In this document: in pieces, positions 18,223 to 29,036 of the stretch
Numbering within the stretch: the stretch's first letter is position 1
How the letters are laid out: the number at the start of each line of letters is the position of its first letter
Assembly: GCA_021776595.1 (NCBI GenBank)
Contig: JAJFFP010000077.1
Span: forward strand, 12,218-76,217
Length of the DNA: 64,000 bases
Source: Robiginitomaculum sp.
GTDB lineage: Bacteria; Pseudomonadota; Alphaproteobacteria; Caulobacterales; Maricaulaceae
Direction of reading: 5' to 3'
Position numbers and translations under genes: made by a program
Notes under the pieces: model-generated
Databases searched by the model: none
Told to the model about the DNA's origin: nothing
What the model saw: only the letters and a program-made list of their open reading frames with translations

Positions 18223-18312
18223 AAATATTGCTTTGCAGCACTTTACGTTCCACGCATCAATGACGATATTGCCGGGTGACAAAGATGAGGCAAAGAATTT
18301 AGGAGCGCGACC

Positions 18313-19062
18313 ATGAAGGTTCTCGTGCCCGTAAAACGGGTGATTGATTATAACGTCAAGGCGAGGGTGAAAGCCGATGGATCCGGCGTTGATCTGGCCA
18401 ATGTGAAAATGTCGATGAACCCGTTTGGGGAAATCGCCGTGGAAGAAGCGGTGCGCCTGAAAGAAAAGGGTGTGGTCAGCGAGATTGTGGTGGTTTCCAT
18501 CGGCCCAACCCAGGCGCAGGAAACGATCCGCACGGCACTGGCCATGGGGGCGGATCGCGGCATATTGATCCAGACGGATGAAACGGTTGAACCATTAAGT
18601 GTTGCCAAATTGCTCAAGGCGGTGGTGGCCGAAGAAGGCCCCGACATGGCCATTTTAGGCAAGCAGGCGATTGATGATGACGCCAACCAGACAGGCCAAA
18701 TGCTGGCTGCGCTGCTGGACTGGCCGCAAGGCACATTTGCTTCCAAGCTGGAAATTAATGATGGCAAGGCCATCGTTACCCGCGAGATCGATGGCGGCCT
18801 GCAAACCCTTGAGGTTGAACTGCCAGCGGTGATTACCACAGATTTGCGCTTAAACGAGCCGCGTTATGCCAGCCTGCCAAATATCATGAAGGCCAAACGC
18901 AAGCCGATTGATATGAAAACACCCGATGATTATGCTGTGGCGCTGGAAATCCATCTTGAACAAATCAAGGTGAGCGAGCCGCCACAACGTAAAGCCGGGG
19001 TAATTGTGGAATCCGTGGCCGAGCTGGTCGATAAACTTAAAAATGAAGCGGGGGTAATCTGA
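18313..19062 (+). CDS. etfB: electron transfer flavoprotein subunit beta
   Basis: [50 protein letters not shown] and 249 aa. The stop overlaps the etfA ATG. Confidence 0.92.
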   Translation: MKVLVPVKRVIDYNVKARVKADGSGVDLANVKMSMNPFGEIAVEEAVRLKEKGVVSEIVVVSIGPTQAQETIRTALAMGADRGILIQTDETVEPLSVAKLLKAVVAEEGPDMAILGKQAIDDDANQTGQMLAALLDWPQGTFASKLEINDGKAIVTREIDGGLQTLEVELPAVITTDLRLNEPRYASLPNIMKAKRKPIDMKTPDDYAVALEIHLEQIKVSEPPQRKAGVIVESVAELVDKLKNEAGVI

Positions 19063-19988
19063 TGGCGATACTGGTGGTTGCAGAACACGATAATGCAAAC
19101 CTGTCCGATGCCACCCATAAAACGGTGACAGCGGCAGCAAAAATTGGCGGCGATATTGATATACTGATCGCCGGTCATAATGCCGGTGATGTGGCGTCCG
19201 GGGCGGCAGAAATAGACGGTGTGCGCGCGGTTCTTCATGCCGATGGCGAGACGCTGGCCAAGCAATTGGCAGAAGCCATGCAGGCGTTGATCGTGCCTTT
19301 GATGGATGGGTATGAAGCGGTGCTGACACCGGCGACCACCAATGGCAAAAACTTTCTGCCTCGTGTGGCCGCAGCTCTTAATGTCATGCAAATCTCTGAA
19401 ATCATTGCCGTTGAAGCCGCCGACACCTTTGTGCGTCCGATTTATGCCGGTAATGCCATGCAAACGGTAAAGTCCAAGGACGCGACCAAGGTCATCACCG
19501 TGCGACCCACCGCGTTTGCGGCGGCAAAAACCGGCGGTAACGCCACGGTTAAAAGCATTGATGCGCCTGCGGGGCCTTTCAAATCTGCTTTTGTCTCCGA
19601 GGAACTTACCCAGTCGGACCGGCCGGAGCTAACAGCGGCGAAGATTGTGATCTCTGGCGGGCGTGGCATGGGGTCTGGCGAGAACTTTGCCATGATCGAA
19701 CGCATTGCCGACAAACTGGGCGCCGCTGTGGGGGCGTCACGCGCTGCTGTGGATGCGGGCTTTGTGCCCAATGATTACCAGGTCGGACAAACCGGCAAGG
19801 TGGTGGCACCGGCGCTTTATATTGCCGTCGGCATTTCCGGTGCAATACAGCATTTGGCCGGGATGAAAGATTCCAAAGTGATTGTGGCCATAAACAAGGA
19901 TGAGGATGCCCCGATATTTCAGGTGGCTGATTATGGTCTGGTGGCGGATCTCTTCAAGGCTCTGCCGGAACTGGAAGCGGCGCTGTAA
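19062..19988 (+). CDS. etfA: electron transfer flavoprotein subunit alpha
   Basis: [11 protein letters not shown]..., [37 protein letters not shown] (FAD-binding C-terminal domain). Confidence 0.92.
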   Translation: MAILVVAEHDNANLSDATHKTVTAAAKIGGDIDILIAGHNAGDVASGAAEIDGVRAVLHADGETLAKQLAEAMQALIVPLMDGYEAVLTPATTNGKNFLPRVAAALNVMQISEIIAVEAADTFVRPIYAGNAMQTVKSKDATKVITVRPTAFAAAKTGGNATVKSIDAPAGPFKSAFVSEELTQSDRPELTAAKIVISGGRGMGSGENFAMIERIADKLGAAVGASRAAVDAGFVPNDYQVGQTGKVVAPALYIAVGISGAIQHLAGMKDSKVIVAINKDEDAPIFQVADYGLVADLFKALPELEAAL

Positions 19989-19995
19989 CGATGCG

Positions 19996-20019
19996 CACCC
20001 GGACCGCATTATCCGGGTG
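19996..20019 (+). terminator. stem-loop downstream of etfA; weak terminator candidate
   Basis: CACCCGGA (19996-20003) pairs with TCCGGGTG (20012-20019). There is no adjacent T-run. Confidence 0.3.
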
Positions 20020-20134
20020 TGTTACCGCCGCCGTTTTCTTCCGTAAGGAGAAAAGTATTAACAAAACATAAACAAGGCTTTGCGGCACAAAGTTTGCGGT
20101 GTAATATAGGCATTGTCCAAAAAGGGGACACCTT

Positions 20135-20320
20135 ATGTCTGATTACAAGCCGATAATTCCCAAGCGATTTTTCACCTGTGTCGCACTGGCCGGTATTGCC
20201 GGGGCGGCCTTTGCCCTGACGCGCTGGTCCGATGGGGTGATGGAACTCATAGCCTGGTTCATTCTTGCCTTTTGCGCCGGCGGTCTGGTTTCCGTGCTTC
20301 AGCGCCGCGCCGATTCCTGA
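20135..20320 (+). CDS. small hypothetical membrane protein (61 aa, 2 TM)
   Basis: ATG preceded by AAAAGGGGA. Two hydrophobic helices. The 3' end overlaps the convergent tlpA end by 22 nt. No family recognised. Confidence 0.4.
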   Translation: MSDYKPIIPKRFFTCVALAGIAGAAFALTRWSDGVMELIAWFILAFCAGGLVSVLQRRADS

Positions 20321-20901
20321 ACCGCAGCGATCAAGGCATGTGCCTCTGGGCCATTCCAGTCGGCCCCGCCGCTAAGTCGTGCGCGCTCAATGCCATTCTT
20401 GTCATAAAGCACCGTTATGGGCAGACCAGAGGGCAGCCCCGGCACACTTAGTTTTTGTGCAATGGCAAAGCGGTTATCGTGATACAGCGGCAGGTTTTTT
20501 ATGTCGGTTTTGGCCAAAAATGCCAGGGCTTCTTTTTTTGAGCGATCCATATTGATCGTCAGCACCATGAAACCGTCATCCCCCAATTCGCCCTGCAGGC
20601 GATCAAGCGAGGGGAGTTCAGCGACGCAGGGGGCGCACCAGCTGGCCCAGAGGTTTAGTAATACGGTTTTGCCGCGAAAGTCGGCCAATGTTACCGCCCC
20701 GTCCGGGCCTTCAAACGGCTCCATAGGTTGTGCAGGCGGGGTTTTTAGCAGCACCAATTCCTTCATTTCACCTTTGGCTAGCGCCTCAAGGGGGTTGCGG
20801 TCTGCCTTTGGGGCGGCTAGCGATTGCATTAACACATAAAGAATAAATGCGAGGCCGGTAGCAGCCAAAACGATGATCGTATTTTTGAGTAATCTGGACA
20901 T
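20299..20901 (-). CDS. tlpA: TlpA-family thiol:disulfide interchange protein (membrane-anchored thioredoxin fold)
   Basis: [15 protein letters not shown] (CxxC) with an N-terminal anchor. The start is ATG 20901 (MSRLLKN) or 20919. Confidence 0.8.
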   Translation of the reverse strand: MSRLLKNTIIVLAATGLAFILYVLMQSLAAPKADRNPLEALAKGEMKELVLLKTPPAQPMEPFEGPDGAVTLADFRGKTVLLNLWASWCAPCVAELPSLDRLQGELGDDGFMVLTINMDRSKKEALAFLAKTDIKNLPLYHDNRFAIAQKLSVPGLPSGLPITVLYDKNGIERARLSGGADWNGPEAHALIAAVQESARR

Positions 20902-20928
20902 GGAAAACACATAGCGCATATTTTGAAG

Positions 20929-22326
20929 ATGACAAAAAACAAAAACACATCCAACGCCCTTTGGGGTGGCCGTTTTGATGATGCGCCTTCAGCGATTATG
21001 CAGGCCATTAATGCTTCCATAGGCGTGGACAAGCGCATGGCGGCACAGGACCTTGCAGGGTCCTCTGCCCATGCGGCCATGCTGGCAAAATGCGGTATTA
21101 TCAATGCGAGCGACGAAAGGCTCATTCAAGATGGCCTTTCGCAAATTGGCGAAGAGATTAAAGCAGGTGACTTTATCTTTTCTGCGGCGCTTGAAGATAT
21201 TCACATGAATATCGAGGCGCGTCTGGGCGAACTGATTGGCGAAGCTGCCGGACGATTGCACACGGCCCGTTCGCGCAATGATCAGGTGGCTACGGATTTG
21301 CGGCTTTGGTTGCGTGATGCTCTGGATGAAATTGATGAACGCCTTGGCGCGTTTCAAAAAGTGCTGGTGGTTCTAGCCGAAGCGCAAGCCGATACCATCA
21401 TGCCAGGCTTTACCCATTTGCAAAGTGCCCAGCCGGTCAGTTTTGGCCATTACATGCTGGCCTATGTGGAAATGATGGACCGGGATCGTGGCCGTTTTGC
21501 CGATGCGCGGGCGCGCCTGAATGAGTGCCCTTTGGGCGCGGCGGCACTGGCCGGCACGGCCTATCGCGTTGATCGGCAGATGACCGCCAGGGCGCTGGGC
21601 TTTGATCGGCCCATGAGCAATTCACTGGATGCGGTATCCGCGCGTGATTTTGCGCTGGAGTTTTTAAGTGCCGCCAGTATTTGCGCGGTGCATTTGTCGC
21701 GTCTTGCCGAAGAATTGGTGATTTGGACCTCGGCGGGCTTTGCTTTTGTCTCATTAAGCGATCAATTCTCCACCGGCTCATCCATTATGCCGCAAAAGCG
21801 CAATCCTGATGCCGCTGAACTGGTGCGCGCCAAAACCGGGCGCATTGTCGGTGACCTGAATACCCTGCTGGTGGTGATGAAGGGGCTGCCGCTGGCCTAT
21901 TCAAAGGACATGCAGGAAGATAAAGAACCGGTGTTTGATGCCTATGATGCGCTGTGCCTTAGCCTGTCGGCTATGACCGGCATGATGGCGGATATAAAGA
22001 TAAACCGCAAAGCACTGGCCGATGCCGCCGGGGCCGCCTTTTCCTCTGCTACTGATCTTGCCGACTGGCTGGTGCGTGAAGCCAATGTGCCCTTTCGCAA
22101 AGCCCATCATATCACTGGACAAATTGTCAAATGTGCTGAAAAAAATGGCAAAACCCTGTCTGAATTATCTTTGACGCAGATGCAGGCGATTTGCCCAAAA
22201 ATCAAAGAAGATGTGTTTGCAGTGTTAACGCCTGCCGCATCGGCGGCCAGCCGCATCAGCTATGGCGGCACGGCGCCGGACAATGTAAAAGCACAGGTCA
22301 AACTCTGGAAGGAAAAATTATCATGA
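20929..22326 (+). CDS. argH: argininosuccinate lyase
   Basis: ATG 20929 ([18 protein letters not shown]). [19 protein letters not shown] and [12 protein letters not shown] signatures are present. Confidence 0.95.
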   Translation: MTKNKNTSNALWGGRFDDAPSAIMQAINASIGVDKRMAAQDLAGSSAHAAMLAKCGIINASDERLIQDGLSQIGEEIKAGDFIFSAALEDIHMNIEARLGELIGEAAGRLHTARSRNDQVATDLRLWLRDALDEIDERLGAFQKVLVVLAEAQADTIMPGFTHLQSAQPVSFGHYMLAYVEMMDRDRGRFADARARLNECPLGAAALAGTAYRVDRQMTARALGFDRPMSNSLDAVSARDFALEFLSAASICAVHLSRLAEELVIWTSAGFAFVSLSDQFSTGSSIMPQKRNPDAAELVRAKTGRIVGDLNTLLVVMKGLPLAYSKDMQEDKEPVFDAYDALCLSLSAMTGMMADIKINRKALADAAGAAFSSATDLADWLVREANVPFRKAHHITGQIVKCAEKNGKTLSELSLTQMQAICPKIKEDVFAVLTPAASAASRISYGGTAPDNVKAQVKLWKEKLS

Positions 22327-22445
22327 GGCTTAAACTCTTTACACTTCTGACCATAACCGTGCTGGCGCTGGGCGCTTGCGGTTTGCGCGACAGCCCGGCG
22401 GTTCCACCCGCGCACAATACCCCGGCACCTGCTTCTTCGGATTAG
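22323..22445 (+). CDS. small lipoprotein (40 aa)
   Basis: The ATG overlaps the argH stop (ATGA 22323-22326). [19 protein letters not shown] has a lipobox. A Pro-rich tail follows. Confidence 0.6.
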   Translation: MRLKLFTLLTITVLALGACGLRDSPAVPPAHNTPAPASSD

Positions 22446-22480
22446 GGCTTTAGGCCTGGGAAATCACCTGTATAGGAAGA

Positions 22481-23743
22481 TCAGGGCAACTCGCCTTGCA
22501 GTAAATTTGGTAATGTGCCAACGCCGCCGCCAGCCTCACGGGCGAAAAAGCGCCGGGCCGGGCCGATTTTATCAACCGCCGCCATACCAAGGCCACGCAG
22601 CAGGCGAATGGGGGTCAGATCGTTGGAAAAAAGCCGCACAAAGCCTTCGGTGGCGGCGAGTAAACTCGTATTATCAAAGCGCCGCCATTGCTGGTAACGC
22701 TCCAGAGCTATGGGGTCGGCAATATCAAGTCCGGCGCGCAAGGTTTGCGCCAATACATCGGCCAGGGCGGCGGCATCGCGTATGCCCGCATTAAAGCCCT
22801 GACCAGCGATCGGGTGCATGCCATGGGCCGCATCGCCGACCAGCGCCAGACGCGGGGCAATGTATTTTCCAACGACCATCAAGGTCAGCGGATAAGCCCA
22901 CCGTGGCCCGGCAGGGGTGAGTTCACCCAAAAACGTGCCAAAACGCCGTTCCAGTTCTGCGGCAAAAAAATCATCGGGGGCGGTTTTGAGGTATTTTGCC
23001 GCCGCCGGGGTTTCGGTCCACACCAAAGAGGCGCGATTGCCCGGTAAAGGCAGGATGGCAAACGGGCCATGGGGCAGAAAATACTCATGTGCAATGCCCT
23101 GGTGCGGTTGTTCGTGGGCGACCGTGGCAACCACGCCCCACTGATTATAGCCCCAGCCATGGGTGCGAATCCCGGCGGCCTTGCGTGCAGGCGAATTACG
23201 CCCCTCGGCACCAACAATTAAAGGCGCGCTCAAAACCTGACCGTTATCGAGTATGGCTTTGGCCATGACCCCGGTAAAATCAAAGGCTTGTGTGCGCACA
23301 GTATCGATCAGGGTTAAATGGTCTCTGGAGCGCGCTTCATCCAGAAGCGCCATGCGCATATGGCGGTTTTCCACCATCCACCCCAAAGGCTCGCCCGCTT
23401 CCGGGCCGGTGAACTCATCGGCATCAAAGTGCAGCAAAAACGGCCCCGGTCCGCCATGGCGTAACCCGTCATGCGGGCGACCGTCAGAAACCAGAATCTG
23501 ATTGATCGGGCCTTTATTGTCACCCAGCCTGTCGGCTACGCCGAGAGCGCGCAACATGCGCATATTGGCAAAGGCAATGGCCGAAGAACGTCCGTCAAAC
23601 GCACTGGCCAATTGCGTTTCAAAAGGCAGGGCATCAACAACGCAAACGTCAAGACCAGCGCTTTGCAGCGCCAATGCGGTAGTCAGGCCAACCAGCCCGC
23701 CGCCGGAGATAATGACATCAAAGATAAGGTCAGACTTGCTCAT
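22481..23743 (-). CDS. UbiH/UbiF/VisC/COQ6-family FAD-dependent ubiquinone biosynthesis hydroxylase
   Basis: Start at ATG 23743 (MSKSDLIFDVIISGGGLVGLTTALAL, GxGxxG). LVGDAAHGMHPIAGQGFNAGIRDAAAL is present. The 141-codon upstream extension of the ORF looks non-coding. Confidence 0.85.
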   Translation of the reverse strand: MSKSDLIFDVIISGGGLVGLTTALALQSAGLDVCVVDALPFETQLASAFDGRSSAIAFANMRMLRALGVADRLGDNKGPINQILVSDGRPHDGLRHGGPGPFLLHFDADEFTGPEAGEPLGWMVENRHMRMALLDEARSRDHLTLIDTVRTQAFDFTGVMAKAILDNGQVLSAPLIVGAEGRNSPARKAAGIRTHGWGYNQWGVVATVAHEQPHQGIAHEYFLPHGPFAILPLPGNRASLVWTETPAAAKYLKTAPDDFFAAELERRFGTFLGELTPAGPRWAYPLTLMVVGKYIAPRLALVGDAAHGMHPIAGQGFNAGIRDAAALADVLAQTLRAGLDIADPIALERYQQWRRFDNTSLLAATEGFVRLFSNDLTPIRLLRGLGMAAVDKIGPARRFFAREAGGGVGTLPNLLQGELP

Positions 23744-23866
23744 GGCCACATCATATCTAAAGTTGCAAAGATAACCAGAGCAACATGTGCGGCATTTACG
23801 GCAGAATTTGTGCATTGATCTTTGCCAGGGTTGCAGGCAAAAGAACAAAAGTTTTAGGATTATCTT

Positions 23867-25384
23867 ATGCAAAAACCACATAGCACACTGGCGGCCAATA
23901 CGCTTGCTTTTGAAGAAGAAGCCCTGATCGCCCCTACCGGGTTTCGCGAATATGATGCGCGCTGGTGGTTTGGGCGCGAGGACAGCGATAAAGCGCCGCA
24001 GATTAATTTGATGGGCATCGAGGCGCTGGGCTTTGGCCTTGGCACCTTGATTTATGAACTGGGTAAAACCCCGGCGATTGTGGTCGGTCATGATTATCGC
24101 GCTTATTCGCTGTCCATCAAACAGGCGCTCTGCATTGGCTTGATGCGCGCCGGGGTGCGGGTGCATGACATTGGCTTGGCGTTATCGCCAACGGCGTATT
24201 TTGCGCAATTTGATCTGGATATTCCCTGTGTGGCCATGGTTACCGCCAGTCATAATGAAAATGGCTGGACCGGGGTAAAAATGGGGGTGGACCGCCCGCT
24301 CACCTTTGGCCCCGAAGAAATGGGACGCTTAAAAGAAATCGTCCTTGGCGGTGCCGGCATAACGCGCCAGGGCGGCGCATTTATCCCCGAATCTGGCGTG
24401 CGCGAGCGCTATCTTGCGGACCTGACATCGGGAAAGAAACTGTCTCGTAAAATCAAGGTCGTGGCCGCCTGTGGCAATGGCACGGCCGGTGCTTTTGCGG
24501 TGCAGGCACTGGAAGGTATCGGTGCCGAGGTCATACCACTGGATTGCAAGCTGGATTATACGTTTCCGCGTTATAACCCTAACCCGGAAGACATGAAAAT
24601 GCTGCACGCCATGGCCGAGGCTGTGCGTGAACATGGCGCAGATCTGGCGCTTGGCTTTGATGGTGACGGGGATCGCTGCGGCCTGGTGGACAATACCGGT
24701 GAGGAGATATTTGCCGACAAGGTAGGGGTGATGCTGGCGCGTTCTTTATCAGCCCAATATGAAAACGCAGTCTTTGTGGCTGATGTCAAATCCACCGGCA
24801 TATACGCTATGGACCCGGTATTGGCGGCCAACGGCGCAACAACGGATTACTGGAAAACCGGCCATTCTTATATAAAACGGCGCACGAATGAATTGGGGGC
24901 GCTGGCTGGCTTTGAAAAATCCGGCCATTATTTTTTTCGTCCTCCCATCGGACGAGGTTATGATGATGGGTTGCTGACCGGCATTGCGATTTTACGGATG
25001 CTGGATGAAAACCCTGATCAATCCATGGCGGACTTAAAAGAAGACCTGCCCAAAACCTGGGGCAGCCCGACCATGTCGCCAGCCTGTGCCGATGAGGTCA
25101 AGTATGAAGTCGTGGCAAAAATTGTCGCCGAATATGAAGAGGCGTTGGCGGCGAGGGCGAAAATATTGGGCCAGAATATAACCAGTGTGGTAACGGTAAA
25201 TGGTGTGCGCGTCACGGTGGAAGATGGCACCTGGGGGCTGGTGCGGGCATCCTCCAACACCCCGAATCTGGTGGTCGTGGTGGAAAGCCCGGTCAGCGAA
25301 GAAAACCTGCGGGCGATGTTCGCAGATATTCAAAAACGACTGGCCGCACATCCTCAAGTGGGTGTGTTTGACCAGACCTTGTAA
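23867..25384 (+). CDS. phosphomannomutase/phosphoglucomutase (alpha-D-phosphohexomutase family)
   Basis: Active-site VTASHNENGWTGVKM, Mg site GFDGDGDRCGLVD, sugar loop GFEKSGHYFF. Confidence 0.85.
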   Translation: MQKPHSTLAANTLAFEEEALIAPTGFREYDARWWFGREDSDKAPQINLMGIEALGFGLGTLIYELGKTPAIVVGHDYRAYSLSIKQALCIGLMRAGVRVHDIGLALSPTAYFAQFDLDIPCVAMVTASHNENGWTGVKMGVDRPLTFGPEEMGRLKEIVLGGAGITRQGGAFIPESGVRERYLADLTSGKKLSRKIKVVAACGNGTAGAFAVQALEGIGAEVIPLDCKLDYTFPRYNPNPEDMKMLHAMAEAVREHGADLALGFDGDGDRCGLVDNTGEEIFADKVGVMLARSLSAQYENAVFVADVKSTGIYAMDPVLAANGATTDYWKTGHSYIKRRTNELGALAGFEKSGHYFFRPPIGRGYDDGLLTGIAILRMLDENPDQSMADLKEDLPKTWGSPTMSPACADEVKYEVVAKIVAEYEEALAARAKILGQNITSVVTVNGVRVTVEDGTWGLVRASSNTPNLVVVVESPVSEENLRAMFADIQKRLAAHPQVGVFDQTL

Positions 25385-25408
25385 GATGATTTTCAAAGGA
25401 AAACGCCA

Positions 25409-26716
25409 ATGCGTGTAACCATGGTAGGGACGGGCTATGTCGGACTGGTCTCCGGAGTGTGTTTCGCCGATTTTGGCCATCAAGTGGTCTGTGTAGACAA
25501 GGACAAAAGCAAAATTGATCTGCTGAAAAATGGCGGTGTGCCGATCTATGAGCCGGGTCTGGAAGAACTGGTGGCCAAGAATGTTGCCGAAGGTCGTCTT
25601 GCTTTTACCACCGATTTGAAAACCGCTGTGGCCGAGGCAGATGCGGTATTTATTGCCGTGGGCACCCCGTCCCGCCGAGGTGATGGCTTTGCCGACCTGT
25701 CTTATGTCTATGCTGCTGTTGAAGAATTTGCATCCACGATGACCGGATTTACAGTGGTCGTGACCAAATCCACCGTGCCGGTGGGCACCGGCGATGAGGT
25801 GGAAAGAATTATCCGTAAAACGCGCCCGGATGCTGATTTTGCCGTGGTTTCAAACCCTGAATTCTTGCGCGAAGGAGCGGCAATTGCTGACTTTAAGCGA
25901 CCGGACCGGGTTGTGGTGGGAACGGAAAACGAACGCGCGCAGGAGGTCATGCGGGCGTTGTATAGACCATTATTTATTAATGAAACGCCGATTGTGTTTA
26001 CCTCGCGGCGCTCGTCCGAACTGATTAAATATGCGGCCAATGCATATCTTGCCACCAAGATCACTTTTATCAATGAAATGGCTGATCTGTGTGAGCGCAC
26101 CGGTGCCGATGTGCAGGCGGTCGCGCGCGGCATTGGCCTGGACAAACGCATTGGCACCAAGTTTCTGCATGCGGGTCCGGGTTATGGTGGATCGTGTTTT
26201 CCAAAAGACACACTGGCGCTGGTGCGCACCGCCAATGAGGCCGGCACACCGTTGCAACTGGTTGAAGCGGTGGTGAAAGTCAATGCGGCGCGCAAGAAAG
26301 CCATGGCTGATAAAATTATCAAAGCGTGTGGCGGATCGGTAAGAGATAAAATCATTGGCGTTCTGGGGCTGGCATTTAAGCCCAATACGGACGACATGCG
26401 TGATGCCCCAAGTCTGGATATTATTCCGGCTTTGCAGGAAAACGGAGCGGTCATCCGTGCGTATGATCCCGAAAGCATGGACGAAGCACGCGATCTGCTG
26501 CCGGGTATTGCGTATTGCGATGGACCCTATGATGTAGCCAAAGGTGCCGATGCGCTGGTTATTCTTACAGAATGGGATCAGTTTCGCGCCCTTGATTTTA
26601 ACCGGATCAAAATGGATATGGCTTCAGCCAATATGGTGGATCTGCGCAATATTTACGGCCCCGAAGAAATGGCCAGTCTTGGGTTTTCCTATACAGGCAT
26701 TGGGCGTGGTTCATGA
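25409..26716 (+). CDS. ugd: UDP-glucose 6-dehydrogenase
   Basis: MRVTMVGTGYVGLVSGVCFADFGH (Rossmann), GGSCFPKD catalytic Cys, LGLAFKPNTDDMRD. Confidence 0.9.
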   Translation: MRVTMVGTGYVGLVSGVCFADFGHQVVCVDKDKSKIDLLKNGGVPIYEPGLEELVAKNVAEGRLAFTTDLKTAVAEADAVFIAVGTPSRRGDGFADLSYVYAAVEEFASTMTGFTVVVTKSTVPVGTGDEVERIIRKTRPDADFAVVSNPEFLREGAAIADFKRPDRVVVGTENERAQEVMRALYRPLFINETPIVFTSRRSSELIKYAANAYLATKITFINEMADLCERTGADVQAVARGIGLDKRIGTKFLHAGPGYGGSCFPKDTLALVRTANEAGTPLQLVEAVVKVNAARKKAMADKIIKACGGSVRDKIIGVLGLAFKPNTDDMRDAPSLDIIPALQENGAVIRAYDPESMDEARDLLPGIAYCDGPYDVAKGADALVILTEWDQFRALDFNRIKMDMASANMVDLRNIYGPEEMASLGFSYTGIGRGS

Positions 26717-26722
26717 ACTGGC

Positions 26723-28054
26723 TTAAAGTGCCCCAAGGGCATCGGTAACCAGCTTGATGGCTTGGCGGGCCGTGTGCGGGTTTTCACATTCTGCCATCAC
26801 CCGAATCAGTGGCTCGGTACCAGAGGGGCGCACCAGCAGGCGGCCGGTGCCTCCTAAAACCGCATTAGCCTCATCACAGGCTTTTTTAACGGCTTCTGCT
26901 TCCATGGGGTCCGCGCCTTTGGGTCGAATTACATTGTGCATGAATTGCGGCAGGGGTGAAAACGGGCGCAATATTTTGCTTGCCGGGCTATCAGAGGCGG
27001 CCAATACCCGCAACGCCGCGACGGCGGCAATCAGGCCATCGCCGGACGGGCAAAGATCAGGCAGGCGTAAATGACCGGATTGCTCACCACCAAGATTGGC
27101 TCCAAGCTCGTCCAGCCGTGCCGCGACATAGCGATCACCAACCTGGGTGCGTTCCAGATCAATGCCAATGTCTTGCAGATAATGTTGCAGGCCAAGGTTG
27201 GACATATGGGTGGCAACAACCGCGCCAGCGCGCAAAACACCGTTTGTTGACCAATTATGCGCAATGCTGGCCAGCAAGAGATCGCCATCAATCAGGCCGC
27301 CTTTTTCATCAACCAGCAATACCCGATCCGCATCACCGTCAAAAGCAATGCCAACATCAGCACCCAGCGCCGTTACCTGTTGCTGCAAAACTTCAGGGGC
27401 GGTCGATCCACATTCCAGATTAATATTTTTACCATCGGGGTTAGCGTGAAGCACATCAATTTTTGCCCCCAGATCAAGCAGGATTTGCGGGGCAAGATGC
27501 GAGGCCGCCCCATTGGCACAATCCAGCACCAGGTGCATGCCTGTTAAGGAGGCCCCGGTGGCGGCAGCCATGACGGCGTTGGTATATAATTCATGCACGG
27601 CGCTGGTCTGATCGATACGGCCAATGGGCGTCTCAGGCCTGATCGAATGTTGATCGGCCGCATTGATTAAATCCTGTAAGGCATCTTGCTCGGCCTCATC
27701 CAGCTTGTCACCGGATCGGCCAAAAAACTTAATGCCATTATCTTCTGCCGGATTGTGAGACGCGGTCAGCATAACCCCAAGCGCCGCACCGCGATCTCTG
27801 ACGGCCAGGCCAACTGCGGCTGTGGGCACAACACCTGCCAGCAAGACATTGGCACCACCCGAAGAAAGCCCTGCGCTTAGCGCTGCTTCCAGCATGGGGC
27901 CAGAGGCGCGGGTGTCTCGGCCAACAAAAACCAGCGCGCCCTGCCCGACCATATGGGCGGCTGCCTGGCCGATGCGGCAAAGGCTTATGGCGTCAATGGG
28001 AGCCTGATTGGCTTTGCCGCGAACGCCGTCAGTACCAAAAGTGATCATATCCAT
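26723..28054 (-). CDS. glmM: phosphoglucosamine mutase
   Basis: FGTDGVRGKAN, LTASHNPAEDNGIKF, AFDGDADRVLLVD, GGEQSGH. Confidence 0.9.
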   Translation of the reverse strand: MDMITFGTDGVRGKANQAPIDAISLCRIGQAAAHMVGQGALVFVGRDTRASGPMLEAALSAGLSSGGANVLLAGVVPTAAVGLAVRDRGAALGVMLTASHNPAEDNGIKFFGRSGDKLDEAEQDALQDLINAADQHSIRPETPIGRIDQTSAVHELYTNAVMAAATGASLTGMHLVLDCANGAASHLAPQILLDLGAKIDVLHANPDGKNINLECGSTAPEVLQQQVTALGADVGIAFDGDADRVLLVDEKGGLIDGDLLLASIAHNWSTNGVLRAGAVVATHMSNLGLQHYLQDIGIDLERTQVGDRYVAARLDELGANLGGEQSGHLRLPDLCPSGDGLIAAVAALRVLAASDSPASKILRPFSPLPQFMHNVIRPKGADPMEAEAVKKACDEANAVLGGTGRLLVRPSGTEPLIRVMAECENPHTARQAIKLVTDALGAL

Positions 28055-28154
28055 TATCCGGGTCTACATCTTGCAAACTAAACGCCAGTATTGCCTTGAT
28101 CGCATCAATTGCCTAGACAAACAAACAGATAAGTTTCGTTGAAAAGGGTGTGCC

Positions 28155-29036
28155 ATGAAGCCGCTACGCAAGGCCGTTCTTCCTGTTGCCGGACTGGGCA
28201 CACGGGTCCTGCCCGCCACCAAATCGATCCCCAAAGAAATGCTGCCCATAGTGGACCGCCCGGCGGTGCAATATGTGGTGGATGAAGCGCGCGAAGCAGG
28301 GATTGAGCATATTATCTTTGTCACCGGACGGGCGAAAAGCGCCATTGAAGATTATTTTGACCGGGCCTTTGAGCTGGAAACCATTTTGCGCGGCAAAGGC
28401 AAAAACGATGTGCTTCAAGCCCTGGCAGAATTACTGCCAGAGCCAGGCTCCATGAGTTTTGTGCGCCAACAGGCGCCGCTTGGGCTGGGTCATGCCATCT
28501 GGTGCGCACGTGATATCATCGGGGACGAGCCATTTGCCGTCTTGCTGCCTGATGTCTTGATCAAGGCCAAAACCGGCTGTCTGACGCAAATGGTTGAGGC
28601 CTATGGTGAAACCGGTGGCAACATTATTGCCGTTGATGAGATCCCTCCTGCTGATGTCAGCAAATACGGTGTTATTGCGCCAAAGGGCAAGAGCGGCAAT
28701 TTGATTGAAATGCAGGGCATGGTCGAAAAACCGGCCATAGATGACGCGCCATCAAATCTGAAAATAACCGGGCGCTATATCCTGCAACCTGAAATTCTGG
28801 GGCTTTTGGCAAACCAGCAAAGCGGTGCGGGTGGTGAAATTCAGCTTACCGATGCCATGGTTCGGTTGATGCAGATACAGCCATTTTTTGCACTACCCTA
28901 TCAGGGCACCGATTTTGATTGTGGTGACCGGTTGGGCTATCTGCGCGCCATTGCCCATTTTGCGCTAAATCATGAAACGCTGGCCGAGGGTGCCAAAGAG
29001 GTTTTTGAAAAAGCTCTTAAATCAGTGCAGACTTAA
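28155..29036 (+). CDS. galU: UTP--glucose-1-phosphate uridylyltransferase
   Basis: KAVLPVAGLGTRVLPATKSIPKEMLPIVDRP, GLGHAIWCA, VEKP motifs are present. Confidence 0.9.
   Translation: MKPLRKAVLPVAGLGTRVLPATKSIPKEMLPIVDRPAVQYVVDEAREAGIEHIIFVTGRAKSAIEDYFDRAFELETILRGKGKNDVLQALAELLPEPGSMSFVRQQAPLGLGHAIWCARDIIGDEPFAVLLPDVLIKAKTGCLTQMVEAYGETGGNIIAVDEIPPADVSKYGVIAPKGKSGNLIEMQGMVEKPAIDDAPSNLKITGRYILQPEILGLLANQQSGAGGEIQLTDAMVRLMQIQPFFALPYQGTDFDCGDRLGYLRAIAHFALNHETLAEGAKEVFEKALKSVQT

Noticed and set aside
23744-24166. 141-codon N-terminal extension of the ubiH-family ORF (22481-24166)
   Set aside because: The extension overlaps the divergent PGM/PMM gene start and reads as Arg/Lys/Cys-rich nonsense. 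The FAD-binding GxGxxG motif follows directly after the internal ATG at 23743.
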